A program made the position numbers and the translations under genes. From NCBI GenBank assembly GCA_020342115.1, contig CP070841.1, positions 681,331 through 738,459 of the forward strand: a stretch of DNA of 57,129 bases, read 5' to 3'. Numbering within the stretch: position 1 is the first letter of the stretch; the number at the start of each line of letters is the position of its first letter. Below, in pieces: positions 28,119 to 37,869 of this stretch. The notes under the pieces are model-generated. The model had not been told where the DNA came from. It searched no databases and saw nothing but the letters and a program-made list of their open reading frames with translations. This stretch comes from Spirochaetota bacterium. Lineage in GTDB: Bacteria > Spirochaetota > B62-G9 > DRHN01.

Positions 28119-28253
28119 AATTATAACATCAATAGTATTTCTATTTTCACTCTGCAAAAGCACCTTACAACACTCATGAAACCTGTGCACCATCTGGGCA
28201 TCTTTCCAGCTACAACTTTTTATTCAAAAATTATACCTTCTAAACAATACCTC

Positions 28254-28283
28254 TTGACACGTTGATAATAGGCAGTGTATGGT
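28254..28283 (+). promoter_or_regulatory. candidate sigma70-type promoter for the first XDH-family operon
   Basis: TTGACA (28254-28259), 18-nt spacer, TATGGT (28278-28283), about 35 nt before the ATG at 28318. Sequence resemblance only. Confidence 0.3.
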
Positions 28284-28317
28284 CAAGAATAAGGCGTAAA
28301 ACAATCAAGGCAAACGA

Positions 28318-29127
28318 ATGAATGACATCCAATGGTACTTTCCAAAAACTCTTGAGGAGGTTCAGCCGCATCTCAAAAGAGATGGTGTGAAGCTTCATGG
28401 AGGTGGAACGTGGATTCTCAGGGGAAGCATGAGGGGAATAAAAGGACTCGTCGATCTTGGAAAGCTTGAGCTACACAGTTTTCGAAAGGACAGTCAAACG
28501 GTTGAAATGGGAGCCGGTATGACCTACGCTGAAACCATCAGAAGCATGACCACCATCAATCCTGATCATATCCTTGTAAAAGCGCTTCAACATGCAGCCT
28601 CAACACCGCTGAGAAACATTATCACCCTTGGAGGAACGATCTTTTCCTTTCCGGTATGGTCAGACCTTATGGGACCGCTCATAGCGCTCGATGCAGATGT
28701 TGTGCTCATGGGAGAACGCTCAGAAGCTTACTCCATTACTGAATATGTTAAAAGCTCTGCGCTGAGAAAAGAAAGCCTGATTACTCATGTGCGGTTTAAA
28801 AATATCGGGTGGAACGCCTATTACTATAGAGAAGTTAAAACAAGCTTTGACTACCCTGCCTTTACCATCACAATCCTATTAAAGAAAAATAAAAACTTGA
28901 TAGAGGATACGCGAATAGTAGTTGTGGGCTGTGCCGGAAAGTTCAGCAGGGTAAAGAAGATCGAGGATTATCTAAAAGGCAAAACAACAGACAGTCTTGA
29001 AATAGACGGTATTGCACAAACGCATGAGCTTAAGTTCACAAAAAAGAGGTCTCTCGAACCTGCTTACCTTGAACATTGTGCAGGTGTACAGATCGAAAGG
29101 AGCATTTCAGAACTAACTAGGGGATAA
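28318..29127 (+). CDS. xanthine dehydrogenase-family FAD-binding subunit (CoxM/XdhB-like)
   Basis: 269 aa. LHGGGTWIL and ITLGGTI blocks of the FAD_binding_5 type. First gene of the FAD-FeS-Mo trio. Confidence 0.8.
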   Translation: MNDIQWYFPKTLEEVQPHLKRDGVKLHGGGTWILRGSMRGIKGLVDLGKLELHSFRKDSQTVEMGAGMTYAETIRSMTTINPDHILVKALQHAASTPLRNIITLGGTIFSFPVWSDLMGPLIALDADVVLMGERSEAYSITEYVKSSALRKESLITHVRFKNIGWNAYYYREVKTSFDYPAFTITILLKKNKNLIEDTRIVVVGCAGKFSRVKKIEDYLKGKTTDSLEIDGIAQTHELKFTKKRSLEPAYLEHCAGVQIERSISELTRG

Positions 29128-29130
29128 ATC

Positions 29131-29598
29131 ATGGAAGGATTGTTTATTATAAACGGCAGCGAAAAAAAGCTGTCCTTTGACTCGGGCGACATACTCCTCA
29201 ATGTGCTGAGAGCTAACGGATTTACTGAGGTGAAGTCGGGTTGCCATGAGGGCCAGTGTGGATCATGCGTTATTCTTCTCAATGAGGAGCTTGTAAACTC
29301 CTGCCAGGTATTTGCAGCAGCAGCAGTAGGTAAAGATATCGTTACTATAAAAGGCATTGGGGATATCCACTCACCTCATCCAATGCAGGAAGCCTTTGTA
29401 GAAACTGGCGCAGTCCAGTGTGGCTTCTGTATACCCGGTGTTGTGCTTGCGGCCTACTACCTGTTAAAGAACAATCCAGATCCGGATGATGAAGAGATTT
29501 GCAGAGCACTTGATGGAAATCTATGCCGCTGTACCGGCTATGTGAAGATACATGAGGCTGTGAAACTCGCTGCGAAGAGGATGGCTGAAAATGTCTGA
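29131..29598 (+). CDS. xanthine dehydrogenase-family [2Fe-2S] subunit
   Basis: GCHEGQCGSC...NSC, QCGFCIPG and CRCTGY motifs. Confidence 0.9.
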   Translation: MEGLFIINGSEKKLSFDSGDILLNVLRANGFTEVKSGCHEGQCGSCVILLNEELVNSCQVFAAAAVGKDIVTIKGIGDIHSPHPMQEAFVETGAVQCGFCIPGVVLAAYYLLKNNPDPDDEEICRALDGNLCRCTGYVKIHEAVKLAAKRMAENV

Positions 29599-31918
29599 CA
29601 TGCTGAACATAGGAAAACCTGTACAGAAAATGGACTCCCTCTCCCTCGCTACCGGAACCGAACGGTTTACAGATGATTTTCATGTTGAGAACCCGCTCTA
29701 CTGCGCTATTCTCTACTCCCCCCATGCTCATGCCGAGATAAAAAAAATAGATACATCTACTGCCTTGAAGGTTCCCGGCGTCGTCGATATCATCCACTAC
29801 AACAATGTACCCAGAGTTTTACATACAACTGCAGGACAGGGTTACCCTGAACCGTCTCCCTACGATACACTCCTCTTCGACAGAAGGGTGAGGTTTGTTG
29901 GCGACAGAGTGGCACTTGTCGCAGCCGAAACAGTGCAGAGCGCTCATCAGGCACTGGAAAAAATAATAGTCGACTATAAACCGCTTGAGCCAGTTTTTGA
30001 CCCGGAAAGGGCAATGGATAAAGACACACCTAAACTCCATGTCGACGATGAGCATGCAATGATCCCTGCAACTTACGAGCCTGAAAAAAACCTTGCTGCA
30101 GAGGTTAAAATTTCCTTCGGTGATATGAAAAAGGGATTTGAACAGGCAGATTTTATCGAAGACCACACATATAAGGTACATTATGCTTCACACTGTGCCA
30201 TAGAGCCGCATGCCGTTATCTGTTATTTCGACGAGCGCGGCCGGCTCGTCATTATCTCAACCACACAGGTTCCATTCCATGTGAGGAGGATTGTCGGGCA
30301 GGTACTCGGCATCCCTGTGGGAATGATACGGGTTATAAAGCCCAGGATCGGAGGAGGTTTCGGCGGAAAGCAGGAGGTTTTCCTCGAACCTCTCATTGCA
30401 CTCGTTGCCTGGCGCCACCGTCGTGCTGTAAGGATCTGTTTGACAAGAAAAGAGGTCTTCGTCTCAAGCCGAACACGTCATGCAATGCGGATAAGGCTCA
30501 GGACAGGGGTAAAAAACGACGGAAGAATAACAGCACTCGATATGGACGGGCTCATGAATGCCGGGGCATACGGCACACATGCCCTCACAGTAATCTCAAA
30601 TGTCGGATCCAAGACCCTGCCATTTTTCAACAAGATCGAGAATCTGAACTTCTGTGGAAGAAGCGTGTACACCAACCTCCCTGTCGGAGGTGCATACAGA
30701 GGATACGGCGCAACACAGGGCTACTTTGCCTTCAACCAGCAGATCGATACCATCGCAAGAAGAACAGATAAGGATGTGCTTGAGTATATCAAAAGGTGGC
30801 ATATAAAGGAAGGTGAGACCTCGGAGGTATTCAAAGCTCTGGGTGAAGGGAAGGAGGGAGTCGCGCAGGCCATAAGGTCATGCAAACTCGATGAGTGCAT
30901 CGACAGGGGATCAGAGGCAATAGAGTGGTATAAAAAAAGAGCTAAACGTATCAAGGTTGGAAAGAACATGGTTAAGGGAGTGGGAGCTGCTGTTTCGATG
31001 CAGGGTTCGGGAATACCGAAAATCGATATGGCAGCGTGCTCTATGAAGATGAATGAAGACGGCTCCTTCAACCTCTATGTGGGTGCAACAGATATTGGAA
31101 CCGGCTCAGACACCATACTTGCCCAGATAGCCGGCGAGGTGCTCAGGGTTCCAACCCAGAAGATCATCGTCCTTTCCTCCGACACCGATCTTACCCCCTT
31201 TGACACAGGTGCATATGCATCATCCACCACATATGTGTCCGGTAAGGCTGTAGAAAAATGCGCACACGATATCGCTGAACAGCTCAAAAAAGTAGCCAGC
31301 GGTATGTTAGGAACAGAACAGAAGAACCTCTTCCTTGATTCTGAAAAGGCGATTGACAAGAACACAAAGAAATCTGTGACTTTTACGGACATAGCGCTCT
31401 CTTCAATGTACGAGAAGGACCAGTTTCAGATACAGGCTCATGCATCCCAGACAGTGGACGAGTCCCCTCCTCCCTTTATTGCACAATTTGCAGAGATCGA
31501 TGTCGATCTTGAAACAGGAAAGCTGAAGGTTGTGAAATTCGTCTCAGCTGTTGACTGCGGTCAGCCGATCAATCCGAAACTTGCCGAAGGGCAGGTCGAA
31601 GGAGCTGCAGTAAACGGAATAAGCTATACCCTCTGCGAAGATTACAACTTCGACAGCATAGGGAGGATGACTAATCCCACGTTCTGGGATTACAAGATAT
31701 TCAATATACGCGATATTCCCGAAATGGAGACAATTCTTGTGGGCTCACATGAGGAAACCGGCCCTTTTGGTGCGAAATCTGTTGGAGAAATAGCGATAAA
31801 CGGTCCTGCACCAGCAATTGCCAAGGCCCTGTATGACGCAGCGGGAATAAGGGTATATGAACTTCCCATCACCTCTCAGAAGGTATGGAAGCTTTTACAG
31901 GAAGAAAAACCGGTTTAA
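29591..31918 (+). CDS. xanthine dehydrogenase-family molybdopterin-binding subunit (775 aa)
   Basis: N-terminal KMDSLSLATGTERFTDDF and RIGGGFGGKQE blocks. 8-nt overlap with the FeS subunit gene. Confidence 0.9.
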   Translation: MSDMLNIGKPVQKMDSLSLATGTERFTDDFHVENPLYCAILYSPHAHAEIKKIDTSTALKVPGVVDIIHYNNVPRVLHTTAGQGYPEPSPYDTLLFDRRVRFVGDRVALVAAETVQSAHQALEKIIVDYKPLEPVFDPERAMDKDTPKLHVDDEHAMIPATYEPEKNLAAEVKISFGDMKKGFEQADFIEDHTYKVHYASHCAIEPHAVICYFDERGRLVIISTTQVPFHVRRIVGQVLGIPVGMIRVIKPRIGGGFGGKQEVFLEPLIALVAWRHRRAVRICLTRKEVFVSSRTRHAMRIRLRTGVKNDGRITALDMDGLMNAGAYGTHALTVISNVGSKTLPFFNKIENLNFCGRSVYTNLPVGGAYRGYGATQGYFAFNQQIDTIARRTDKDVLEYIKRWHIKEGETSEVFKALGEGKEGVAQAIRSCKLDECIDRGSEAIEWYKKRAKRIKVGKNMVKGVGAAVSMQGSGIPKIDMAACSMKMNEDGSFNLYVGATDIGTGSDTILAQIAGEVLRVPTQKIIVLSSDTDLTPFDTGAYASSTTYVSGKAVEKCAHDIAEQLKKVASGMLGTEQKNLFLDSEKAIDKNTKKSVTFTDIALSSMYEKDQFQIQAHASQTVDESPPPFIAQFAEIDVDLETGKLKVVKFVSAVDCGQPINPKLAEGQVEGAAVNGISYTLCEDYNFDSIGRMTNPTFWDYKIFNIRDIPEMETILVGSHEETGPFGAKSVGEIAINGPAPAIAKALYDAAGIRVYELPITSQKVWKLLQEEKPV

Positions 31919-31950
31919 CAATACTATAAATGTTAATTCTTTATGTTTGA

Positions 31951-32008
31951 GTGCGACACCACCTTTTGCCCAACGCCAATAAGCGTAAGACAAAAGGTGG
32001 TGTCGCAC
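31951..32008. terminator. 17-bp-stem hairpin between convergent operons (possible bidirectional terminator)
   Basis: GTGCGACACCACCTTTT - 24 nt - AAAAGGTGGTGTCGCAC. No clean U-tract on either strand. Confidence 0.4.
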
Positions 32009-32029
32009 GTTAAAGAATAAAAATTACTA

Positions 32030-33187
32030 TTACTTACGCAATCCCTTCTTCGCCGCATCAATGTCTTTCAAACCGTTTCCTGTCACAAGAATAACCACAG
32101 TATCATTATGCGGGATACTGTTCTTCTCCTTTAAAAATCCGGCCAAAGAAGCAGATGCAGCAGGCTCTGCAAAGAGCCCTGTTGTAGATGCAAGCTCTTT
32201 CTGTGCAGCAAGTATCTCGCGGTCTGTAACCTCCACACATCGTCCGTCATATTTATGCAAATACTTTACTGCATAGTACCCGTTTCTCGGAACATCGACA
32301 GAGATTGAATCAGCAACTGTATTGGAGCTGTAGGATTCTATAAAATCTCCATTTCTGAATGCATGGCAGATCGCATTGCTTCCTTCTGCCTGCACTGCAC
32401 ATATAACAGGCATTCTTTTTATCAATCCGAGGTGCAGAAGGTCCTGAAGGCCCTTGTAAAGCCCTCCGATAATAACACCATCTCCTGCTGAAACAAAAAT
32501 CCAGTCAGGCACAGCTCCGAGCTGTGCAGCTCCGAGCTGCTTGTATATCTCGAGCGCCACTGTCTTCTTACCCTCTATGGTAAGAGGATTATATGCAGTG
32601 TTTCTGCTCAAACCCCCATGAGTTTTCGTGTATTCAAGAGATAGTTCGTACGCCTTGTCATAAGTACCATCTACCTCAATCACCTTTGCCCCATACTGGA
32701 GTGCCTGAATGCGCTTTGCCTGGGGAGCAGTGGCTGGAATGAATATCTTTATGTTCAGACCGGCGGCTGCCCCCACACCAGCCATCGAAGAGGCTGCATT
32801 CCCTGTAGAAGCAACAACAACGTCTGGAATTTTCTCTCTGAGCGCAAAAGCTGCAACGAGATATGAAGCCCTGTCCTTTAACGAACCTGTGGGATTGAGG
32901 CTGTCATCCTTTATATAGAGCTTATCGAATCCTGTCTTTTTCCTGAGATTGTGCGGTGTCCAGAGTGGAGTATTCCCCACAGGAATTGGAGGAAAATATT
33001 CTTTTTCTACTGGAAGCAGGTCAAAGATGTCAAAATCTTTCGAAACCTCCCCATCAAAGCTCACCTCCAAAACTCCCCTTAGAGGCTTATTCTCCTGCTG
33101 CTTCAAAGAACACTCAGGACAAACCATCAGATCAGGACTGATCTTAAAATGTTTTCTGCACTCACTGCACTCATAAAAGAACTTCAT
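32030..33187 (-). CDS. threonine-synthase-like fold-type II PLP enzyme with N-terminal 4-Cys zinc ribbon
   Basis: CSEC...CPEC ribbon and PLP-lysine block NPTGSLKDRAS. I prefer the ATG at 33187, which forms an ATGA overlap with the ssnA-like stop. Confidence 0.75.
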   Translation of the reverse strand: MKFFYECSECRKHFKISPDLMVCPECSLKQQENKPLRGVLEVSFDGEVSKDFDIFDLLPVEKEYFPPIPVGNTPLWTPHNLRKKTGFDKLYIKDDSLNPTGSLKDRASYLVAAFALREKIPDVVVASTGNAASSMAGVGAAAGLNIKIFIPATAPQAKRIQALQYGAKVIEVDGTYDKAYELSLEYTKTHGGLSRNTAYNPLTIEGKKTVALEIYKQLGAAQLGAVPDWIFVSAGDGVIIGGLYKGLQDLLHLGLIKRMPVICAVQAEGSNAICHAFRNGDFIESYSSNTVADSISVDVPRNGYYAVKYLHKYDGRCVEVTDREILAAQKELASTTGLFAEPAASASLAGFLKEKNSIPHNDTVVILVTGNGLKDIDAAKKGLRK

Positions 33188-34506
33188 TGAATTTTTTCCA
33201 TCCGCTTCCATAATCTGTCTGCAGCCTTCTGCGCTTTTTCATAAATTGGACCTATATCAATCGGGAACCTTCTGTCCTCATAACAGACAGAACCGTTTAC
33301 GATCACTGTTTTTACATCCCTTGAACACAGACCAAAGGCGATGTGTCCGGCAACATTTTCAGAAACCAGCGGGGTGGGGGCTTTGTAATCATAGATAACA
33401 AGATCGGCTTTATAGCCTTTGCCAACCTTTCCGAACCGGGCATTGAAATAGTTTTCTAATAAACTGTTCCCATTGTGCAGGAAACCTGCAAAATCCTGAG
33501 GCCAGTACGAACCCCCTGCGTCTCTGTGCTTGAAAAATGCAAATTTCATCTCTTCGAACATGTCGCTGCCGATACCATCCGTTCCCAGGGCTACACGGCG
33601 AACCCGGGCAAGTTTTTCTGCATAGCCGATGCTGTTGTTCATATTAGAGCGGGCATTGTGCACAAGAAGACTATCGTGTGTATTTAACCGTTCTATATCT
33701 GCATCTGTGAGATGCACACCGTGGACACATATTGACTTGTCGTCCAGGAGGTCTGCTTCCTCGAGGCGCTGTGTGATATCTTTTTCATAGATATGGTGGG
33801 AATATGACGGATCGTATCTATCCTCAGCTATATGGATGTGAATGCCGCGACGGGTCGACCTGCACGCTTCAGAGAGGCCTTTCAGGGCATCATTACTGAG
33901 AGTAAAGGGGGCATGAGCGCCTATAGCCGCTTCGATGAGCTCCACACCTCCGGATTGTGTCTCTTTGTCAACCATCTCTGCAAAGGCGACATTTTCTTCA
34001 ATTCCCTCTTGCATCCCTTTAACACCATTTCTGTCTGTTACCTCATAGCAGAGTATTCCTCTCAAACCGGCTATCTCGAAGGTCTCTTTCAACACCTCCA
34101 ATGATCCCTTTATAAATGAAGGGGATGCATGGTGATCTATCACGGAGGTGGTACCTGACTTGATTGCCTCGAGCGCGCCTATGAGACCGCTGTAGTACAG
34201 TATCTCCTCATCAATTGCCCTGTCCAGTCTCCACCAGAGGTTTTGGAGGATAGATACAAAATCGCATGAAGGCTCGATCTCGGCTGTGATGCCTCTTGCG
34301 AGCGCTGAATAGAAGTGATTATGGCTGCATACAATACCTGGACTCAACAGATCTCCATCAAGATCGATTACCTTAACATCATTCCCTCTTGGAGCAATGT
34401 CACGTCCTGTTTCAATTATTTCATTCCCATCAATCAATACATCCGTTTTCTTTTCAACTGAAGGGGGCTCAAAATGAACAACCGTGGCATTTTTCAATAA
34501 AAGCAT
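33184..34506 (-). CDS. ssnA: SsnA-like amidohydrolase
   Basis: 440 aa (E. coli SsnA is about 442). Metal motif VCSHNHFYSALARG, later HIAED and GTDG blocks. Adjacent to ygfK as in E. coli. Confidence 0.75.
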   Translation of the reverse strand: MLLLKNATVVHFEPPSVEKKTDVLIDGNEIIETGRDIAPRGNDVKVIDLDGDLLSPGIVCSHNHFYSALARGITAEIEPSCDFVSILQNLWWRLDRAIDEEILYYSGLIGALEAIKSGTTSVIDHHASPSFIKGSLEVLKETFEIAGLRGILCYEVTDRNGVKGMQEGIEENVAFAEMVDKETQSGGVELIEAAIGAHAPFTLSNDALKGLSEACRSTRRGIHIHIAEDRYDPSYSHHIYEKDITQRLEEADLLDDKSICVHGVHLTDADIERLNTHDSLLVHNARSNMNNSIGYAEKLARVRRVALGTDGIGSDMFEEMKFAFFKHRDAGGSYWPQDFAGFLHNGNSLLENYFNARFGKVGKGYKADLVIYDYKAPTPLVSENVAGHIAFGLCSRDVKTVIVNGSVCYEDRRFPIDIGPIYEKAQKAADRLWKRMEKIQ

Positions 34507-34532
34507 ATACCCTCCTCTGCCGGCAGATATTT

Positions 34533-37500
34533 TTAATAAATCAGATAGCCGTAATCTGTAAGGATAGAATTAATCATAGAAAGTATCCTGGTAGCTTCAG
34601 CAGTCATAGAATCTGCTGTAGCTTTAGGACCGGCACTCTTTATTTTCTGATCCTTATCTGCCTGATAATCCCATACTTCTCCATTCATTCTTACGGTTAC
34701 TTTGCGCTTATCCTCTGAACCTTCAACCATAAACCCTTTGTTCGTGCTCTCATTGAAGTCCTCTCTTAGTGAGAAGAGTGTGATTTTATCTTTATAGGGA
34801 GCTCCATCATAAGGACAGAATGTCTCACAGTTGCCGCATTCGTTACACAGGGAATCAAGATGGAGAATCTGCCACCTGTCGTTGAAACCATCGTCTTTAT
34901 CGACTCGAATCGCAATGTTTGCACGGTTCGGGCATACATCTATACATTTGTTGCAAACAATATTGCACTCGAGGCATCGCCTTGCTTCATTCTCGGCTAT
35001 GAGCCTGTCTTCTCCAGAAGCATGTGCATGAAGAAGCCGTCCCTTTTTTTTATAAATTTCAGAGATCCTGTTATCTATATCGAGCCCGATATCAAGCTGC
35101 TTTTCCAGGACATTGCATTCCGGAATTTCCTTCAACACAATAGCATCTGTGACTCTTTTCGCATCTGCCATGGACTCAACAACCGTGGAAGGTCCGCGAT
35201 AGGCATCACCGCCAATAAAGACATTTTCCATTTCGGTCTCGAGAGTTTCGGGGTTTACTTCTGGCTTACCGTTTTCCCCCGGCTTAAGGCCATACGACTC
35301 TAAAGCCTTGAGATCCGGATGTTCCCCGATCGCACTTATGACAGTATCAACCTCTATCTCCTGAATGTTCTCGGTTGGAACTGGAGCTCTTCTGCCGCTT
35401 TCGTCAGGTGTGCCCAGTGTCATCATTCTGCATCGTAACACCCCGGATTTCGAAAACGACTCAGGTAACAGTAATGGCATGAATACGACTCCATCCGCCA
35501 GCGCGTTCTCAAACTCCTCCCTGTCGGCAGGCATCTCATCTTCTGTCCTTCTGTATACTATTGAAACCTCTTCAACACCGGATAACCTCATCACGGCCCG
35601 TGCGCTGTCCATAGCAGTATTCCCGCCTCCGATGACAGCAACACGCCTGCCGGGAACGAGTACATCCGGACTTTTCCTGAAGGACCTCAGAAAATCGAGT
35701 GCGTCATAGATATTGGTATTATCACCCCGAAGCTTTAATGCTCTTGAAATCTCCGCACCTATTGCAATGAAAATATACTTGTAACCCTGTTTTTTTAGTT
35801 CCTCTGGAGTAGCGATTTCAGGTGAAATACCAAATCTAAAAGTAACGCCCTGCTTTTCTATAAAGGATATATCACTCTTTACTGCAGAATCTGGAAGCCT
35901 GAAGCCGGGAAGAACGTTGGTTAACACACCGCCAGCCCTATCCTGTTTTTCGAATACTGTTACCTGAAATCCAGCTTTGGATAGAAAAAAGGAAGCAGCA
36001 AGCCCTGCGGGCCCTGCACCAATCACAGCCGCCCTTGTATCGAGCTTTCTCACAGCTTCGCTGACAATACCCATGCCGCTTATTTTGCCCTTATCGGCTG
36101 ATATTCTCTTAACCTCTCGAATACGAACCTGACCTTCATAATCAAGACGTGTACAGTTATACTGGCACTGATGATCGCATATATGCCCTGTTATATCGGG
36201 GAGAGCATTATGAATATAGATCCGTTCCAGTGCTTTTTTATACTGCCCTTCTCCAGCGAAACGCAGGTAGGTCGGTATGTCCTGGTGTATCGGACAGGCC
36301 GTTACACATGGAGCCACATAACAGTCGAAAAGGGGCAATGGCTCCTCTACCGAGACCCCATACCTGCTCTTCCACCTCTTCTTGTAATAATCCTTTTGAA
36401 TCGCTTCCTGAGCAAGTTTATCGAGCTTCTCAACATCTATAACATCCGATTGCTTTTTTTCAATCATCGGTTCTGTCATACTAGCCGCAGTTTTTAACCT
36501 CATATATCCGCCCGGTTTCAAGAGATCGGTTGCCATTGTAATTGGTTTGATACCTGCATCGTAGAGCTCTGCGATATTCAGCTCAGACGCACCTCCTGAA
36601 TACGATATGGGAAGTGCTCCTTTGAACTCCCCTGAAAGAAGCGATGCCAGTGTGACGGTAAGAGGAAAGAGCGCACGCCCGGACATATACATCTCCTCTC
36701 CTGGGAGAATGCCAGCTGTATTCACTGTTCCAAGTGTATTGGAAAGCTTAACACCGAAATGCCTGCCACAATCTTTTGAAAAATCCAGAAGTCGTGTAAG
36801 AAGACCAAGTGCGTCTTTCCACTGAAGATCATGGGTGAAACTTTCCTCTTTGAGGCTCACCGAGCCAAACCCGAGAGTATCGAGTGTTTCTCTCACACTC
36901 TCAAATCCGAGTAGAGTTGGGTTCAGTTTTACAAATGTATCGAGCCCTTTTTCCTTCATAAGATATTTGCATATCCCCTCTATTTCATGCGGAGGGCATC
37001 CATGCATGGTAGATAGTGTGACACTTCGAGTAATTATTGGAGATATCTTCTCAGGAATATCGCTAAAATCTTGTGCATCTCTACTGACACCCATAGATTG
37101 GAAAACCTTGCCATGATTGATAAATTTATCGAGCTCATCAAGGGAACTCGAAAAAAGAGGATTTTCAGACGCATCTTTCAAGCCTGAAATAAACCAATCC
37201 ATCTTTTTATTTTTAATCCCCTCCAGATCATACCCAACACTCATATTGAAAATAAAACCGTTATTTCTTTCTTTGGAAATACCATTGGCTGAGCTGTCAG
37301 CCTTTGAGCAAAATCCCAGCACCTCTCCCAGAAAGTGGAGAAGAATCCATGCTTTTATATACTCATCGAGAGATTGTTCAAGTGAAAGCTCCTGAGACCA
37401 CTCGGTGTTATACCCTTCATCTCTCGCATCAATACACGGTTTTTCAATCTCCAAATCGTCGAGCTTTTGTACCGTCTTGAGCTCAATGAACCTTCCTCCT

Positions 37501-37724
37501 ACAAGAAAGGCTGAAACAATGTTCTGTGTTAATTGTGTGTGAGGTCCTGCAGCAGGTCCAATGGGAGTATCACAGATTTCATCAAATATCTTTACTTGCG
37601 TCTTGCTCTCTTTGCGGAAAAAAGAAACCTCCGGTATTCCAAAAATCGTCCGTTCTCTGCGAAATTCTTCAGAAATCCATCTCAAAAGCCTATTAAACGC
37701 GATCGGCTTCATGGTGTCAGTCAT
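34533..37724 (-). CDS. ygfK: YgfK-like flavo-iron-sulfur oxidoreductase (DPD-like TIM barrel + GltD-like + 2x[4Fe-4S])
   Basis: 1063 aa. AVIGAGPAGLAASFFL and VAVIGGGNTAMDSARA Rossmann folds, CVTACPIHQDIP, and C-terminal CLECNIVCNKCIDVCP plus CNECGNCETFCP. Confidence 0.8.
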   Translation of the reverse strand: MTDTMKPIAFNRLLRWISEEFRRERTIFGIPEVSFFRKESKTQVKIFDEICDTPIGPAAGPHTQLTQNIVSAFLVGGRFIELKTVQKLDDLEIEKPCIDARDEGYNTEWSQELSLEQSLDEYIKAWILLHFLGEVLGFCSKADSSANGISKERNNGFIFNMSVGYDLEGIKNKKMDWFISGLKDASENPLFSSSLDELDKFINHGKVFQSMGVSRDAQDFSDIPEKISPIITRSVTLSTMHGCPPHEIEGICKYLMKEKGLDTFVKLNPTLLGFESVRETLDTLGFGSVSLKEESFTHDLQWKDALGLLTRLLDFSKDCGRHFGVKLSNTLGTVNTAGILPGEEMYMSGRALFPLTVTLASLLSGEFKGALPISYSGGASELNIAELYDAGIKPITMATDLLKPGGYMRLKTAASMTEPMIEKKQSDVIDVEKLDKLAQEAIQKDYYKKRWKSRYGVSVEEPLPLFDCYVAPCVTACPIHQDIPTYLRFAGEGQYKKALERIYIHNALPDITGHICDHQCQYNCTRLDYEGQVRIREVKRISADKGKISGMGIVSEAVRKLDTRAAVIGAGPAGLAASFFLSKAGFQVTVFEKQDRAGGVLTNVLPGFRLPDSAVKSDISFIEKQGVTFRFGISPEIATPEELKKQGYKYIFIAIGAEISRALKLRGDNTNIYDALDFLRSFRKSPDVLVPGRRVAVIGGGNTAMDSARAVMRLSGVEEVSIVYRRTEDEMPADREEFENALADGVVFMPLLLPESFSKSGVLRCRMMTLGTPDESGRRAPVPTENIQEIEVDTVISAIGEHPDLKALESYGLKPGENGKPEVNPETLETEMENVFIGGDAYRGPSTVVESMADAKRVTDAIVLKEIPECNVLEKQLDIGLDIDNRISEIYKKKGRLLHAHASGEDRLIAENEARRCLECNIVCNKCIDVCPNRANIAIRVDKDDGFNDRWQILHLDSLCNECGNCETFCPYDGAPYKDKITLFSLREDFNESTNKGFMVEGSEDKRKVTVRMNGEVWDYQADKDQKIKSAGPKATADSMTAEATRILSMINSILTDYGYLIY

Positions 37725-37869
37725 GACTTTAACCCTAATGTGTTGTAACCATTTTCTTAATTAAATTTGCATTCCAGCAGTATATTCATTTTTAAGATCC
37801 CGATATTTCGTGCCACATTCGTGGTTATACTGCAACATTGAATAAAGATATACATTAAAGTGCTTGGAA

